DNA of 64,000 nucleotides from an uncultured Pseudomonadales bacterium (GTDB lineage Bacteria; Patescibacteriota; Microgenomatia; UBA1400; UBA12028): NCBI GenBank assembly GCA_964509365.1, contig CAZDWN010000003.1, positions 134,412 to 198,411 of the forward strand, read 5' to 3'. Shown piece by piece: positions 28,448 to 36,742 of this stretch (position 1 is its first letter; each line of letters starts with the position of its first letter). The notes under the pieces were generated by a model. It saw only the letters and a program-made list of their open reading frames with translations, ran no database searches and was not told where the DNA came from. The position numbers and the translations under genes were made by a program.

Positions 28448-28497
28448 TACTGTAACAATAGGGAAGAATGCCTGTGCGGTCAATGAGAACTCTGAAG

Positions 28498-29472
28498 TTA
28501 CTGAACCAATTTGGCGTAATCACTACTTACCCAGCCAGTCGCAGTCCCATCATATTTGATCTTCAGCCATCCCGATGAGGAAGCCGCAGCATATGGTACG
28601 GTCGCGCCAGTATCAAGTTTGGTGAGTTCTTTGCCAGTGCTACTTGCGGTGTCGCGGACGCGAAGCCAGCCAGTCGGAGTGGACAAGATCTCGACATATG
28701 GTTTCGTCGTGGTCGACGGTTTGTTGCTGGATGTGCTCGTCCCAGGAGTGGGAGTAGGTGTCGCTTTGGTCGCACTATTGCTGGCCACTGGACTCGCAGT
28801 TGGTTTGACCGTCGCTTTTGGAGTCGGGGTCGCTTTTTTGGCTGAGTTACTCGCAGGTGCAGGCGTCGCAGACTCAGTCGCTTCTAGCATTGGGGTGGCA
28901 GCTGGCATCGCATCTTTTGCGAGTTTGCCTGTCATGATCGTGCGAACTCCTTTGACGAGCTTCACGGTACGCTCAAGCGACGCATATCCAGGTGCTTGCA
29001 GTGTCACGCTATGATCACCTTCGGTCAATGTATCTATCAACAGAGGCGTAAAGCCTAAGTTTTTGCCATCAATGACGACCGGCACATTGTCTGGAGATGC
29101 AGTCAATTGGATCTCGGCTTTGCTCTTGTCTTTGGCATCTTCATATTCAAATGAGACTCCGAAGCTTTCATCGAGGCTCTTCCCAAAGTTCCAATCAATT
29201 TGCGTCATGTATCCAGAATAGAGTTTGAGCGATGTCTCGTAAGGATCACCACTGCCACCATTTGGGGTCAGTTTGATCGACGTCTTACCAGTTTTTTGAT
29301 CGGTCGATTCAAATGGTGTATTTCCCGACTCTTTGTCATTGAGAGTGACGGTCGCTGTTTGATTTGATGTGATACGTAAGCCAGCTGGCTTTCCCCCAAG
29401 TCCGAGCTTACTGCACCCTGTCAAAAGCAAGGAGGCAGCAAGGAGGAGAGCAGATGTACGGAAAAGTCTCAT
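28498..29472 (-). CDS. lipoprotein with PEGA-like and SH3b (SH3_3) domains
   Basis: Lipobox LLLTGCS; VTLQAPGYASLERTVKL PEGA-like strand; Pro/Thr/Ala-rich linker; C-terminal GWLRVRDTASSTGKELTKLDTGATV...GWVSSDYAKL bacterial SH3. Start at MRLFRTS, because the longer ORF overlaps the tRNA. Confidence 0.5.
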   Translation of the reverse strand: MRLFRTSALLLAASLLLTGCSKLGLGGKPAGLRITSNQTATVTLNDKESGNTPFESTDQKTGKTSIKLTPNGGSGDPYETSLKLYSGYMTQIDWNFGKSLDESFGVSFEYEDAKDKSKAEIQLTASPDNVPVVIDGKNLGFTPLLIDTLTEGDHSVTLQAPGYASLERTVKLVKGVRTIMTGKLAKDAMPAATPMLEATESATPAPASNSAKKATPTPKATVKPTASPVASNSATKATPTPTPGTSTSSNKPSTTTKPYVEILSTPTGWLRVRDTASSTGKELTKLDTGATVPYAAASSSGWLKIKYDGTATGWVSSDYAKLVQ

Positions 29473-29532
29473 AGTACGTAGTACACAGTAGTATACATGA
29501 GAGAGATATTCAATCGCAAAGCAAAAAAAATG

Positions 29533-29603
29533 AGGCGCGAACGGGAGTCGAACCCGTCTAAAAGGTTTTGCAGACCTCTCTATAACCGCTTTAGTATCGC
29601 GCC
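29533..29603 (-). tRNA. tRNA-Cys (anticodon GCA)
   Basis: Folded by hand. Acceptor GGCGCGA/UCGCGCC (7 bp), 3-bp D-stem, anticodon stem GAGGU/ACCUU, loop CU-GCA-AA, T-arm ACGGG-UUCGACU-CCCGU, discriminator U73. Near-identical in layout to E. coli tRNA-Cys. CCA is not encoded. Confidence 0.85.
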
Positions 29604-29666
29604 AATTCACCAGAGTGAATAGTAGATAGTCTACAGTTTAGAGGCGAAAAACTCCAGAGAAGAAAA

Positions 29667-30275
29667 CTACTTTGTAAATGTAAGTGGTGAGTTACGATAC
29701 GTTTTCTTAAACTTGTATTGGCGGTACCACTCAGCATCAATGCGGTCCTTCATCGCCTCGAGGGCATACGAGCTATCGACCATGATGTACTCTTCATCGT
29801 AATTTATCACCACAAGTGCGTGTTTGGATCGTTTGTGAGGGCGCAGTGCCATGATGCGATCGCGATAGTAAATATCGTTGGAGTCAGTGCTTTTTGAGTT
29901 ACTGTTGAACGTCGAGTAAAACTCGACGCGATTCCATGGGAAATATTCGCCGGCATACTCGACCAGATCTTTGGCGTAATTATTCCACCACCACGGTTTA
30001 CTCACGCCACGCCAGTACAATATCTCAAAGCGATAAATGACTGGGTACTTTTCGTAGATGGGAATTTCTTCTGGCTTTGGTGGTTCATCGACGAGATCAT
30101 CTTCTCGTTCTTCGGGCAATTGATCGGAAGCGGTTTCAACCTCTGGGTTTTCCTCAGCATCAATGCGACGTTTTTTCAACGTACCAGCAAGAAGCATCGA
30201 GAATACAAGGAATAGGACGACCACCACCGCGACGATGGTAAAGATGGCCGCCTGGATGATCGAATCGATTGGCAT
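29667..30275 (-). CDS. membrane-anchored hypothetical protein
   Basis: N-terminal TM helix, acidic linker, Trp/Tyr-rich C-terminal domain; no motif recognised. Confidence 0.35.
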   Translation of the reverse strand: MPIDSIIQAAIFTIVAVVVVLFLVFSMLLAGTLKKRRIDAEENPEVETASDQLPEEREDDLVDEPPKPEEIPIYEKYPVIYRFEILYWRGVSKPWWWNNYAKDLVEYAGEYFPWNRVEFYSTFNSNSKSTDSNDIYYRDRIMALRPHKRSKHALVVINYDEEYIMVDSSYALEAMKDRIDAEWYRQYKFKKTYRNSPLTFTK

Positions 30276-30283
30276 GTCTCCAA

Positions 30284-31336
30284 TTATAGTATGGACTGTT
30301 CCACGAGCCTATTGCAGTAGCCAAACTCATTGTCATACCACGAGACAACTTTCACGAGATCGCCTCCAACCACTTGCGTGAGTGCTAGGTCGACGATCGA
30401 GCTTTCTGGTCTGCCGACAATGTCACTAGAGACGATCGGATCATTGGTCACTGCCATGATGCCAGCCCATCGCGGAGTCTTGGAGGCATCGACCAGCGCT
30501 TGATTGACTTCCTCGACTGTCGTCGGTCGACTGACGACGAACGTCATGTCGGAGAGAGAACCTGTCGAGACTGGGACTCGCATCGAGACTCCATCAAACA
30601 AACCTTTGAGCTCTGGAATAGTCTCAGTGACAGCGATCGCTGCTCCTGTCGTCGTCGGGATGATATTTTTGGCGGCGTTGCGGGCGCGGCGCAGATCTCG
30701 GTGAGAGTTGTCTTGCAGATTTTGATCATCGGTGTAGGCGTGGATCGTCGTCATCATGGCTTTTTTGACAGTAAAGACTGAGTGGATCACGGCAGCGACT
30801 GGTGCGACGCAGTTGGTGGTACAGGAAGCATTGGAGATGATGGTCTTCCCTTGAGCTTCTTGATTGGTGCCGGTCGTCTCATTGACGCCGATGACATACG
30901 TCCCGATCTCTTCGCCTTTTGGTGGAGCTGAGATCACGACGCGTTTGGCACCACCGGTGATATGAAGACTGGCTTTATCGGAGGAAATAAAGACACCAGT
31001 CGACTCGATCACCGTATCAACGCCGAGTGTGCCCCATGGCAACTTGGCAGGATCACGCTGCGCGAGAAATTGGACATGCTTGTCACCGACGATGAGCGTG
31101 CCGATCACTGGATCTTCATCGGTAGCGGCCTTCGCTTTTTGATGTTCTTGGACGGTGATCTCGACGGGCCAGACGCCATAATTGGAATCATATTTGAGCA
31201 AATGAGCCCAACTGGCGATATCCATCGAGCCAGAGGTATTGACTGCCACCAGGTCTGCTTGATCTCGATGTTTGTCATACCAGACTCGAAAGGCTGTTCG
31301 TCCGATACGACCAAATCCATTGATGGCAATTTTCAT
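30284..31336 (-). CDS. gap: type I glyceraldehyde-3-phosphate dehydrogenase
   Basis: MKIAINGFGRIGR Rossmann N-terminus and the catalytic SNASCTTNC motif. Confidence 0.85.
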   Translation of the reverse strand: MKIAINGFGRIGRTAFRVWYDKHRDQADLVAVNTSGSMDIASWAHLLKYDSNYGVWPVEITVQEHQKAKAATDEDPVIGTLIVGDKHVQFLAQRDPAKLPWGTLGVDTVIESTGVFISSDKASLHITGGAKRVVISAPPKGEEIGTYVIGVNETTGTNQEAQGKTIISNASCTTNCVAPVAAVIHSVFTVKKAMMTTIHAYTDDQNLQDNSHRDLRRARNAAKNIIPTTTGAAIAVTETIPELKGLFDGVSMRVPVSTGSLSDMTFVVSRPTTVEEVNQALVDASKTPRWAGIMAVTNDPIVSSDIVGRPESSIVDLALTQVVGGDLVKVVSWYDNEFGYCNRLVEQSIL

Positions 31337-31419
31337 ACGTTCCTCCGTTCATGCTGTATGCCAACAACGTATCAAAATATTTGGGAATTATCTAGAGGGG
31401 CTGGGGAGCCAAACGCGGT

Positions 31420-32412
31420 TTACAGCTTGAACTCTTTTTGGCTGGCGTCGAGAGCTTCGATGCCTGGCAAGGTCTTCTTGAGCAAGTACTCAAGCATGGA
31501 TCCGCCACCAGAAGAGATGTGATTGACGTGGGCTTCGGCCTTGTACATGGTCTGCGCAGCTTCCGTATCTCCACCCCCAGTGAGGGTAAAGGCTTTCGCG
31601 CCATCGACAGCCAGGGCGATTTGCTTGGTACCGGCAGCGTGCTTGGGGTCTTCAAATACACCCATCGGGCCATTCCAGACGATTGTGCCGGCAGCGGCTA
31701 TAAATCTGATGAATTGGTCCACGGCAGGTTGGGCGATATCTTTGCCATCCTTGGTCAGTTCAGCAAATATGACCTTTCGACCTTTGGCGACATGTTGCTC
31801 CTGGGCCTCCAGGGCGAGTTTGCCACCCACGAGGATGACGTCAGCCGTAGGCTCAAAGGCTTCTATAAGTGGCATTTTCGTCTCGAGCTTCGATCCACCG
31901 AGAATCAGGAGGAATGGGCGCTTTGGCGTCTTTAGGACCTTCTCAAAGGCTTTGAGCTCTTTCTCAAGCTGAATACCAGGGTAGGTAGGCAATATACTCG
32001 GGAGGACGGTGATCGAGGTATGCTCGCGATGCATGGTCGCAAACGCATCCAGGATGTAGATATCTTGCTTCTTGGCCAGTTCTCTGGCGTAGGTGACGCT
32101 TCCTTTTTCTTCTCTCGGGTCAAACCGCAGGTTTGGAAGCAAAGTGATTTTTTCGTTTTCTTCTTTGGTAAAGTGGGCTCGGAGAAGCTTCTCGATAGGA
32201 CCGAGGGAATAGGTCGAACTGACGCCTTTTGGTCGACCTCGATGAGCGATCACGGTGACGTGAGCGGCTTCATGTTTGAGGAGATATGCGAGAGTCGGGA
32301 CGCCTTGATCGAGGCGAGTAGTGTCAAATCCACCCTCGACTTTTGGGAGATCAAGATCCATGCGGAGCAATACACGCTTGCCAGGTATTTTGGCGGATGC
32401 GAGGTATTTCAT
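31420..32412 (-). CDS. pgk: phosphoglycerate kinase
   Basis: Internal start MKYLASAKIPGKRVLLRMDLDLP gives a full-length PGK. Conserved GGGDT..A-like hinge and HRAHAS-type N-domain. The upstream 71-codon extension of the track ORF is rejected. Confidence 0.8.
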   Translation of the reverse strand: MKYLASAKIPGKRVLLRMDLDLPKVEGGFDTTRLDQGVPTLAYLLKHEAAHVTVIAHRGRPKGVSSTYSLGPIEKLLRAHFTKEENEKITLLPNLRFDPREEKGSVTYARELAKKQDIYILDAFATMHREHTSITVLPSILPTYPGIQLEKELKAFEKVLKTPKRPFLLILGGSKLETKMPLIEAFEPTADVILVGGKLALEAQEQHVAKGRKVIFAELTKDGKDIAQPAVDQFIRFIAAAGTIVWNGPMGVFEDPKHAAGTKQIALAVDGAKAFTLTGGGDTEAAQTMYKAEAHVNHISSGGGSMLEYLLKKTLPGIEALDASQKEFKL

Positions 32413-32509
32413 AAGTGGGAGTAGTATACCAGATATCGAGGCGGCTTGATAGAGTAAGATACCTCTGGAAACTGCTCGCTCTCCAGGCAGGAAATAGGTA
32501 CCCGAAGAC

Positions 32510-32537
32510 TTGACAAAATCCCCCATCCTGTTAATAT
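32510..32537 (+). promoter_or_regulatory. sigma70-like promoter of the M23 peptidase gene (TTGACA-N16-TAATAT)
   Basis: Perfect -35 hexamer TTGACA at 32510-32515 with an AT-rich -10, in the divergent pgk / M23 intergenic region. Confidence 0.35.
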
Positions 32538-32627
32538 AGGCTCTACCACTTACCGTACAACCAGTCAGTGGTTTTTTTATCCCCTCGAAAGGGGGAGATG
32601 AATCCTGGCCACGATGATGTGGCAACT

Positions 32628-33341
32628 ATGAAACGACGCATTGTATGCGCCCTCGTCTGCAGTATGACCTTGAGCTTGGCTTTGCCTGCTCGGGCCTCTG
32701 CATTTTCATTCATTCTTTTCCCACAGGCTACTGCCAGTGAGGAGAAGACTACCGTCCCGACGCAAAGTCTGCCGACAGATTTGCCGGCTGTGACGCTCAT
32801 CTCCAATGAGCAATCTGACACGATGGACTCGACTCCATCTGCTCACATCGATACTTCCTTCTTATTGGAAGATCCGATCCCACGCACTGCCTCAGACTCA
32901 GCCATCGCATCGACAGTCTTGCCGATCGCTCCTGACCTGGTCAAAGGTGTGTCTACGTATTTCTCAGGCTACCATCCAGGTATTGATATCCGTGCTGACG
33001 TCGGAAGTCCGATCATGGCACTCCGTGATGGAGTCGTGGTCGAAAGTTCGTTTCAACCAGGTGGATATGGAAACTATGTTGTCGTCGAGCATTTCGTCGG
33101 TGAGCAAAGTGTCCGTTCACTCTACGCCCACATGAAGTCAACGAAGGTCTCGATCGGAGACAAAGTCAAGGCGAAAGAGATCATTGGGTATGTCGGAATG
33201 ACTGGTCATACGACTGGAGCTCACTTGCACTTGGAGACTCGTATCTGTGATCCTTCACTTCAGTATTATGTCTGCACTGCGATGGATCCAATCCGCTTTA
33301 TCACCAAAGGAGTGCCCGCGATGCTCATTGCAAAGAAATAA
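32628..33341 (+). CDS. M23 family metallopeptidase (LytM-like peptidoglycan endopeptidase), secreted
   Basis: Signal peptide MKRRIVCALVCSMTLSLALPARA. HPGIDI...GYGNYVVVEH...GMTGHTTGAHLHLE metal-binding motifs (HxxxD, HxH). Confidence 0.65.
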   Translation: MKRRIVCALVCSMTLSLALPARASAFSFILFPQATASEEKTTVPTQSLPTDLPAVTLISNEQSDTMDSTPSAHIDTSFLLEDPIPRTASDSAIASTVLPIAPDLVKGVSTYFSGYHPGIDIRADVGSPIMALRDGVVVESSFQPGGYGNYVVVEHFVGEQSVRSLYAHMKSTKVSIGDKVKAKEIIGYVGMTGHTTGAHLHLETRICDPSLQYYVCTAMDPIRFITKGVPAMLIAKK

Positions 33342-33383
33342 AGCAGACCAGTAGATCAGGTGATCAGAAAATTTAGAATTAAC

Positions 33384-33412
33384 AGCCCTCGATAGAAATA
33401 TCGGGGGCTTTT
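33384..33412. terminator. intrinsic terminator downstream of the M23 peptidase gene (and at the 3' end of the convergent polyprenyl synthase gene)
   Basis: 11-bp stem AGCCCTCGATA-GAAA-TATCGGGGGCT (one G-U pair) followed by UUUUUGG. Confidence 0.55.
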
Positions 33413-33415
33413 TGG

Positions 33416-34483
33416 TTATTTTTCTCGGGTGATGATGTACTGAGCCAGATCAATTAAGTGCTGCTTGGCAGCAGATTTTGGCAAGATGTCTAAGGCTGCG
33501 ATCCCGCGAGCGACATACTCTTTTTCCAGATTGATTGAATAGTCGTGCGATCCCGTTGCGTTGACGATGGCTTGGATTGTCCTGAGCATATCGGTACTGA
33601 TCGGCTGACCGCATGCACTCTCAAGCACTGCTTTTTCTTCACTACTCGCTCGCTGGTAAGCGATCTGCATGAGCAACGTCTTTTTGCCCTCGCGGACATC
33701 ATTGCCGACGGGCTTGCCGGTCTTTTCGGTATCGCCAAACAGTCCCAAGATATCATCATGGATCTGAAACGCAGTGCCGACTTCATTCGCGTATGTTCGT
33801 AGAGCATTTTCAAGTTTTGGATTTGTATTTCCTGCAAGTGTCAAACCGATGAGAAACGGTCCTTCAAACGTGTAGCTGGCAGTCACGAGACGCAGACCTT
33901 TGATGAAAGCATCGGTGGTGGATTGCGCGAGGGTCTGACTGCACTGCATCCCATGGATTTGCCATCCGGCGAGCGTATCGCGGTACATGACCGTATTGAG
34001 GATGTGAAGACATTCGAGGATTTGTTTGGGAGTGAAGCCTGACTCCATCATCAGTTCTTTTGAGTAGCTTGCCAGCAAGACGCTATCAAGCATCGCAAAG
34101 CTCATTGCCTTGTGCTCACTATCAGTGAGGCTGCTCATCACCTCACGATATGCGTATTCGAGAGTCGGGCCGTCATATCGTCGCTCATCGCGGTCAGCGA
34201 TATCGTCAAGGATCAGGATATGTTTGTGGTGAAGTTCAATACTCGCAAGAGCTTTGTGAAGTCCGCTGTGAGCTTTGCCACCGGCAAGCGTGTATGCAAG
34301 ATTGGCTACAAATGGGCGTACCGCTTTGCCTCCGCGCATCGAAAAATCCGAGAGCAGTCTGACTGATTGTCCCAAGTAGGAGTCAATTGCCTGAGCCTCC
34401 ACGTATTTTTCATCAAGATACTTTTGGATTGTTTGATTGATGTCGCTGGAATGTGAAGAAAGCGCACTGAGTAAATCTTGCAT
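33416..34483 (-). CDS. polyprenyl diphosphate synthase (trans-isoprenyl diphosphate synthase family)
   Basis: First and second Asp-rich motifs LILDDIADRDERR and FQIHDDILG. Start at the internal MQDLLS, giving 355 aa and avoiding the upstream gene. Confidence 0.7.
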   Translation of the reverse strand: MQDLLSALSSHSSDINQTIQKYLDEKYVEAQAIDSYLGQSVRLLSDFSMRGGKAVRPFVANLAYTLAGGKAHSGLHKALASIELHHKHILILDDIADRDERRYDGPTLEYAYREVMSSLTDSEHKAMSFAMLDSVLLASYSKELMMESGFTPKQILECLHILNTVMYRDTLAGWQIHGMQCSQTLAQSTTDAFIKGLRLVTASYTFEGPFLIGLTLAGNTNPKLENALRTYANEVGTAFQIHDDILGLFGDTEKTGKPVGNDVREGKKTLLMQIAYQRASSEEKAVLESACGQPISTDMLRTIQAIVNATGSHDYSINLEKEYVARGIAALDILPKSAAKQHLIDLAQYIITREK

Positions 34484-34502
34484 ATTCACTGGTCGACTGA
34501 TC

Positions 34503-35315
34503 TTACTGCTCCAAAGTGATCTTGACTTCATCTCCGCATTTTGGATAGTTGAAAACATCTCGTGCCGAAACATCGCGGACGATATGGCGTCGCAAGAAAA
34601 TCTCCATGAATGGGTCGGTATGTCCACTGCTGCCAGATGAGAATGCGAGTTGACCATGATGCACTCCAAATGTGCCTTCAGACATGTACCCAGTCCAGAT
34701 GACTCCATTGATCTCAATCTTTACGGTTGATCCTGGAGCAAAACTCACTTCTGAGCGTCGGATGGTCGTCTTGATATTGCCGTAGCCGTCGATCCATGCG
34801 ATGCGATTCTTTGGGACATCTGGGATCAGATCAAGTGAAAGATTTTCACCAAGTGATTTGTAGTCTCCGTGCATCACTTCATTGACGATTGCTGGATAGT
34901 TATCGCGCGAGCGAAACTGTGTCCCTTGGTTGCTGACGTTGATATCCTTGAATTCCTGCAAATATGGTTTCACAAACGAAAAGACGTTTTCGGAATTGAC
35001 GGCGATGATCTCGACCCCATTGGTGAGTTTCCCGTACTTCAAGCCCTCGCCACTGTTATCGTGCATGGCAGTGCGTTGCACTTTGCGAGGAGCGATATTG
35101 CTGTAGATAAACATGGTTTGGCCATCTTTTTTACCCATTCCATACTGGTAGATCCAAAAGCCACCGGCGACGGTATCAGAAAAGTCAGTTGCGGTCGGGT
35201 AGATATAGGCACCAATGTCACTGACGTCTGCGTGGATACGCTGGATCACTTCGCCAAAAGCTGGGTCGTTGACGCCATAGTCACTGATGATATGTAAAAA
35301 AGTATTTGAATTCAT
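34503..35315 (-). CDS. SAM hydroxide adenosyltransferase / DUF62 family (S-adenosyl-L-methionine hydrolase-like)
   Basis: N-terminus FLHIISDYGVNDPAFGEVIQRIH and overall ~270-aa two-domain layout typical of DUF62. Confidence 0.5.
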   Translation of the reverse strand: MNSNTFLHIISDYGVNDPAFGEVIQRIHADVSDIGAYIYPTATDFSDTVAGGFWIYQYGMGKKDGQTMFIYSNIAPRKVQRTAMHDNSGEGLKYGKLTNGVEIIAVNSENVFSFVKPYLQEFKDINVSNQGTQFRSRDNYPAIVNEVMHGDYKSLGENLSLDLIPDVPKNRIAWIDGYGNIKTTIRRSEVSFAPGSTVKIEINGVIWTGYMSEGTFGVHHGQLAFSSGSSGHTDPFMEIFLRRHIVRDVSARDVFNYPKCGDEVKITLEQ

Positions 35316-35356
35316 AGGATTTATTGTAGGTTAATTATATATTCTATCATTCCCAG

Positions 35357-35433
35357 ACCCAGTTAAGCGAGAGACACTGTTTTTGGTGTGCTCGTGTCGT
35401 CCAGTAAGGACATACCTGCGCGCACAAAAACAG
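35357..35433. repeat. 19-bp perfect inverted repeat (GCGAGAGACACTGTTTTTG ... CAAAAACAGTGTCTCTCGC) with 39-nt spacer in a divergent intergenic region
   Basis: Arms at 35357-35375 and 35415-35433, with partially matching extensions. Lies between the DUF62 gene start (35315, minus strand) and the CAP gene start (35509, plus strand). Confidence 0.5.
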
Positions 35434-35508
35434 TGTCTCTCGCAACTAAGTTTTCATGGTTAGCTGATAGCTGAGGGGACAAAGATATGATATTGTTTTT
35501 TTACGTCT

Positions 35509-36468
35509 ATGAGCGCAACGCTATCGCATTTGTTTTCCCATCGCCGTTCCAATAATCACAAGCCAAAATTGCTGCATGTCGAAGGCATCGCCGTCTTGAT
35601 AGCGATCGTACTCGCTAGTAGTGGCTTGTCGCATTTCTTCTCGACCAGTCGTGGTCCGATGCCAGCGGTCTTGGGATTCCCATCCTCCATCCAGGACAAT
35701 GATGTGGTCACGCCGACCAATGCTCGTCGAGCCCAAGCCGGGTTGGGAGCGCTCACCGTGAATCCGCAGCTGGTTTCAGCCGCGAGTGCCAAAGGAAAAG
35801 ACATGTGTGCCAATCAATATTGGGCGCATATCTCGCCAGCAGGCACGACTCCATGGGTGTTTATGAAGGGAGCTGGGTACAAATATAGTATTGCAGGCGA
35901 AAATCTCGCGAGAGACTTTGCTGATACGCCATCGATGATGGATGCGTGGATGGCATCGCCGACCCATAAAGCAAATATCGTCAATGGTCGCTATAAAGAA
36001 ATAGGGATCGCGGTCGTCAATTGTAGTCTTTTAGGCTCAGATACTGCGCTTGTCGTGCAGATGTTTGGGACGCAATTTGTAGGGACCGCGACTGGCAATA
36101 CGACTACGACTGCTGCGCGTAGTACTGCTGCCGTCAAATCTTTGACCACTGAAGAAACGAGTGAAGGCAATGTAGCTGGGCAAGAATCCGTGCCACAAGC
36201 GCTCGCTGAGGCTGATCCAAGCTTGGTGTTGCCTCAGGCATCTGATTCGAGCGATACCAAGCAAGTGTCGGTCTTTACTCCCGTGCAGTTCCAGAAAGCG
36301 TTCTTAGTGGCGGTGCTGCTTCTCATCACGGGTGTGTTGGCGATCGACATGTGGCTCGTCGAGGAGCGAAAGATCATCAGAATAAGTAGCCGCAGTCTCG
36401 GACACTTCTTGTTCTTATCTGGCATCCTGATCGTCGTCTTGATCGTCAAAGCAGGAGTCGTCCTATGA
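35509..36468 (+). CDS. CAP (cysteine-rich secretory protein / PR-1-like) domain protein, membrane-anchored
   Basis: N-terminal TM; ANQYWAHISPAGTTPW...GENLA...HKANIVNGRYKEIGIAV CAP/SCP signature; C-terminal TM. Confidence 0.55.
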   Translation: MSATLSHLFSHRRSNNHKPKLLHVEGIAVLIAIVLASSGLSHFFSTSRGPMPAVLGFPSSIQDNDVVTPTNARRAQAGLGALTVNPQLVSAASAKGKDMCANQYWAHISPAGTTPWVFMKGAGYKYSIAGENLARDFADTPSMMDAWMASPTHKANIVNGRYKEIGIAVVNCSLLGSDTALVVQMFGTQFVGTATGNTTTTAARSTAAVKSLTTEETSEGNVAGQESVPQALAEADPSLVLPQASDSSDTKQVSVFTPVQFQKAFLVAVLLLITGVLAIDMWLVEERKIIRISSRSLGHFLFLSGILIVVLIVKAGVVL

Positions 36469-36725
36469 TCGCCAAAGAACTCACCACTCGTCCCAAACAA
36501 TACTTGACGCTCATCGTCGCGCTAAGCATCTTATTTGCGCTCTATGTCTTCGGTACGAGCACGATGGTCCGCACAACTGTCAGTGTGCTAATTGGGCTCG
36601 TCTATGCGTTGTGGGGCATCCGGTCGCATACCCACGAGATCAAGACGATGAGACTAGTGCTAGAATACGTGGCAGTAGGGATCCTGGGGGCACTGATCCT
36701 CGCGATTCTTGCGCATACCGTCTAA
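36465..36725 (+). CDS. small membrane protein
   Basis: 86 aa with two TM helices; 4-nt overlap with the upstream gene. Confidence 0.35.
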   Translation: MIAKELTTRPKQYLTLIVALSILFALYVFGTSTMVRTTVSVLIGLVYALWGIRSHTHEIKTMRLVLEYVAVGILGALILAILAHTV

Positions 36726-36742
36726 TTTCTTAGGAGATCTGT

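Noticed and set aside
29473-29610. Longer start of the lipoprotein ORF (MNWRDTKAVIERSAKPFRRV...)
   Set aside because: It overlaps the hand-folded tRNA-Cys gene on the same strand. The internal MRLFRTSALLLAASLLLTGCS is a textbook lipoprotein signal.
32413-32625. 71-codon upstream extension of pgk, and analogous extensions of the polyprenyl synthase (34484-34717), the family-5 SBP (51346-51678), the UbiA-like gene (38856-39035) and the GH5 (5568-5585)
   Set aside because: The extensions are not conserved-looking, overlap neighbouring genes or intergenic signals, and internal Met codons give proteins of canonical length and N-terminal sequence.
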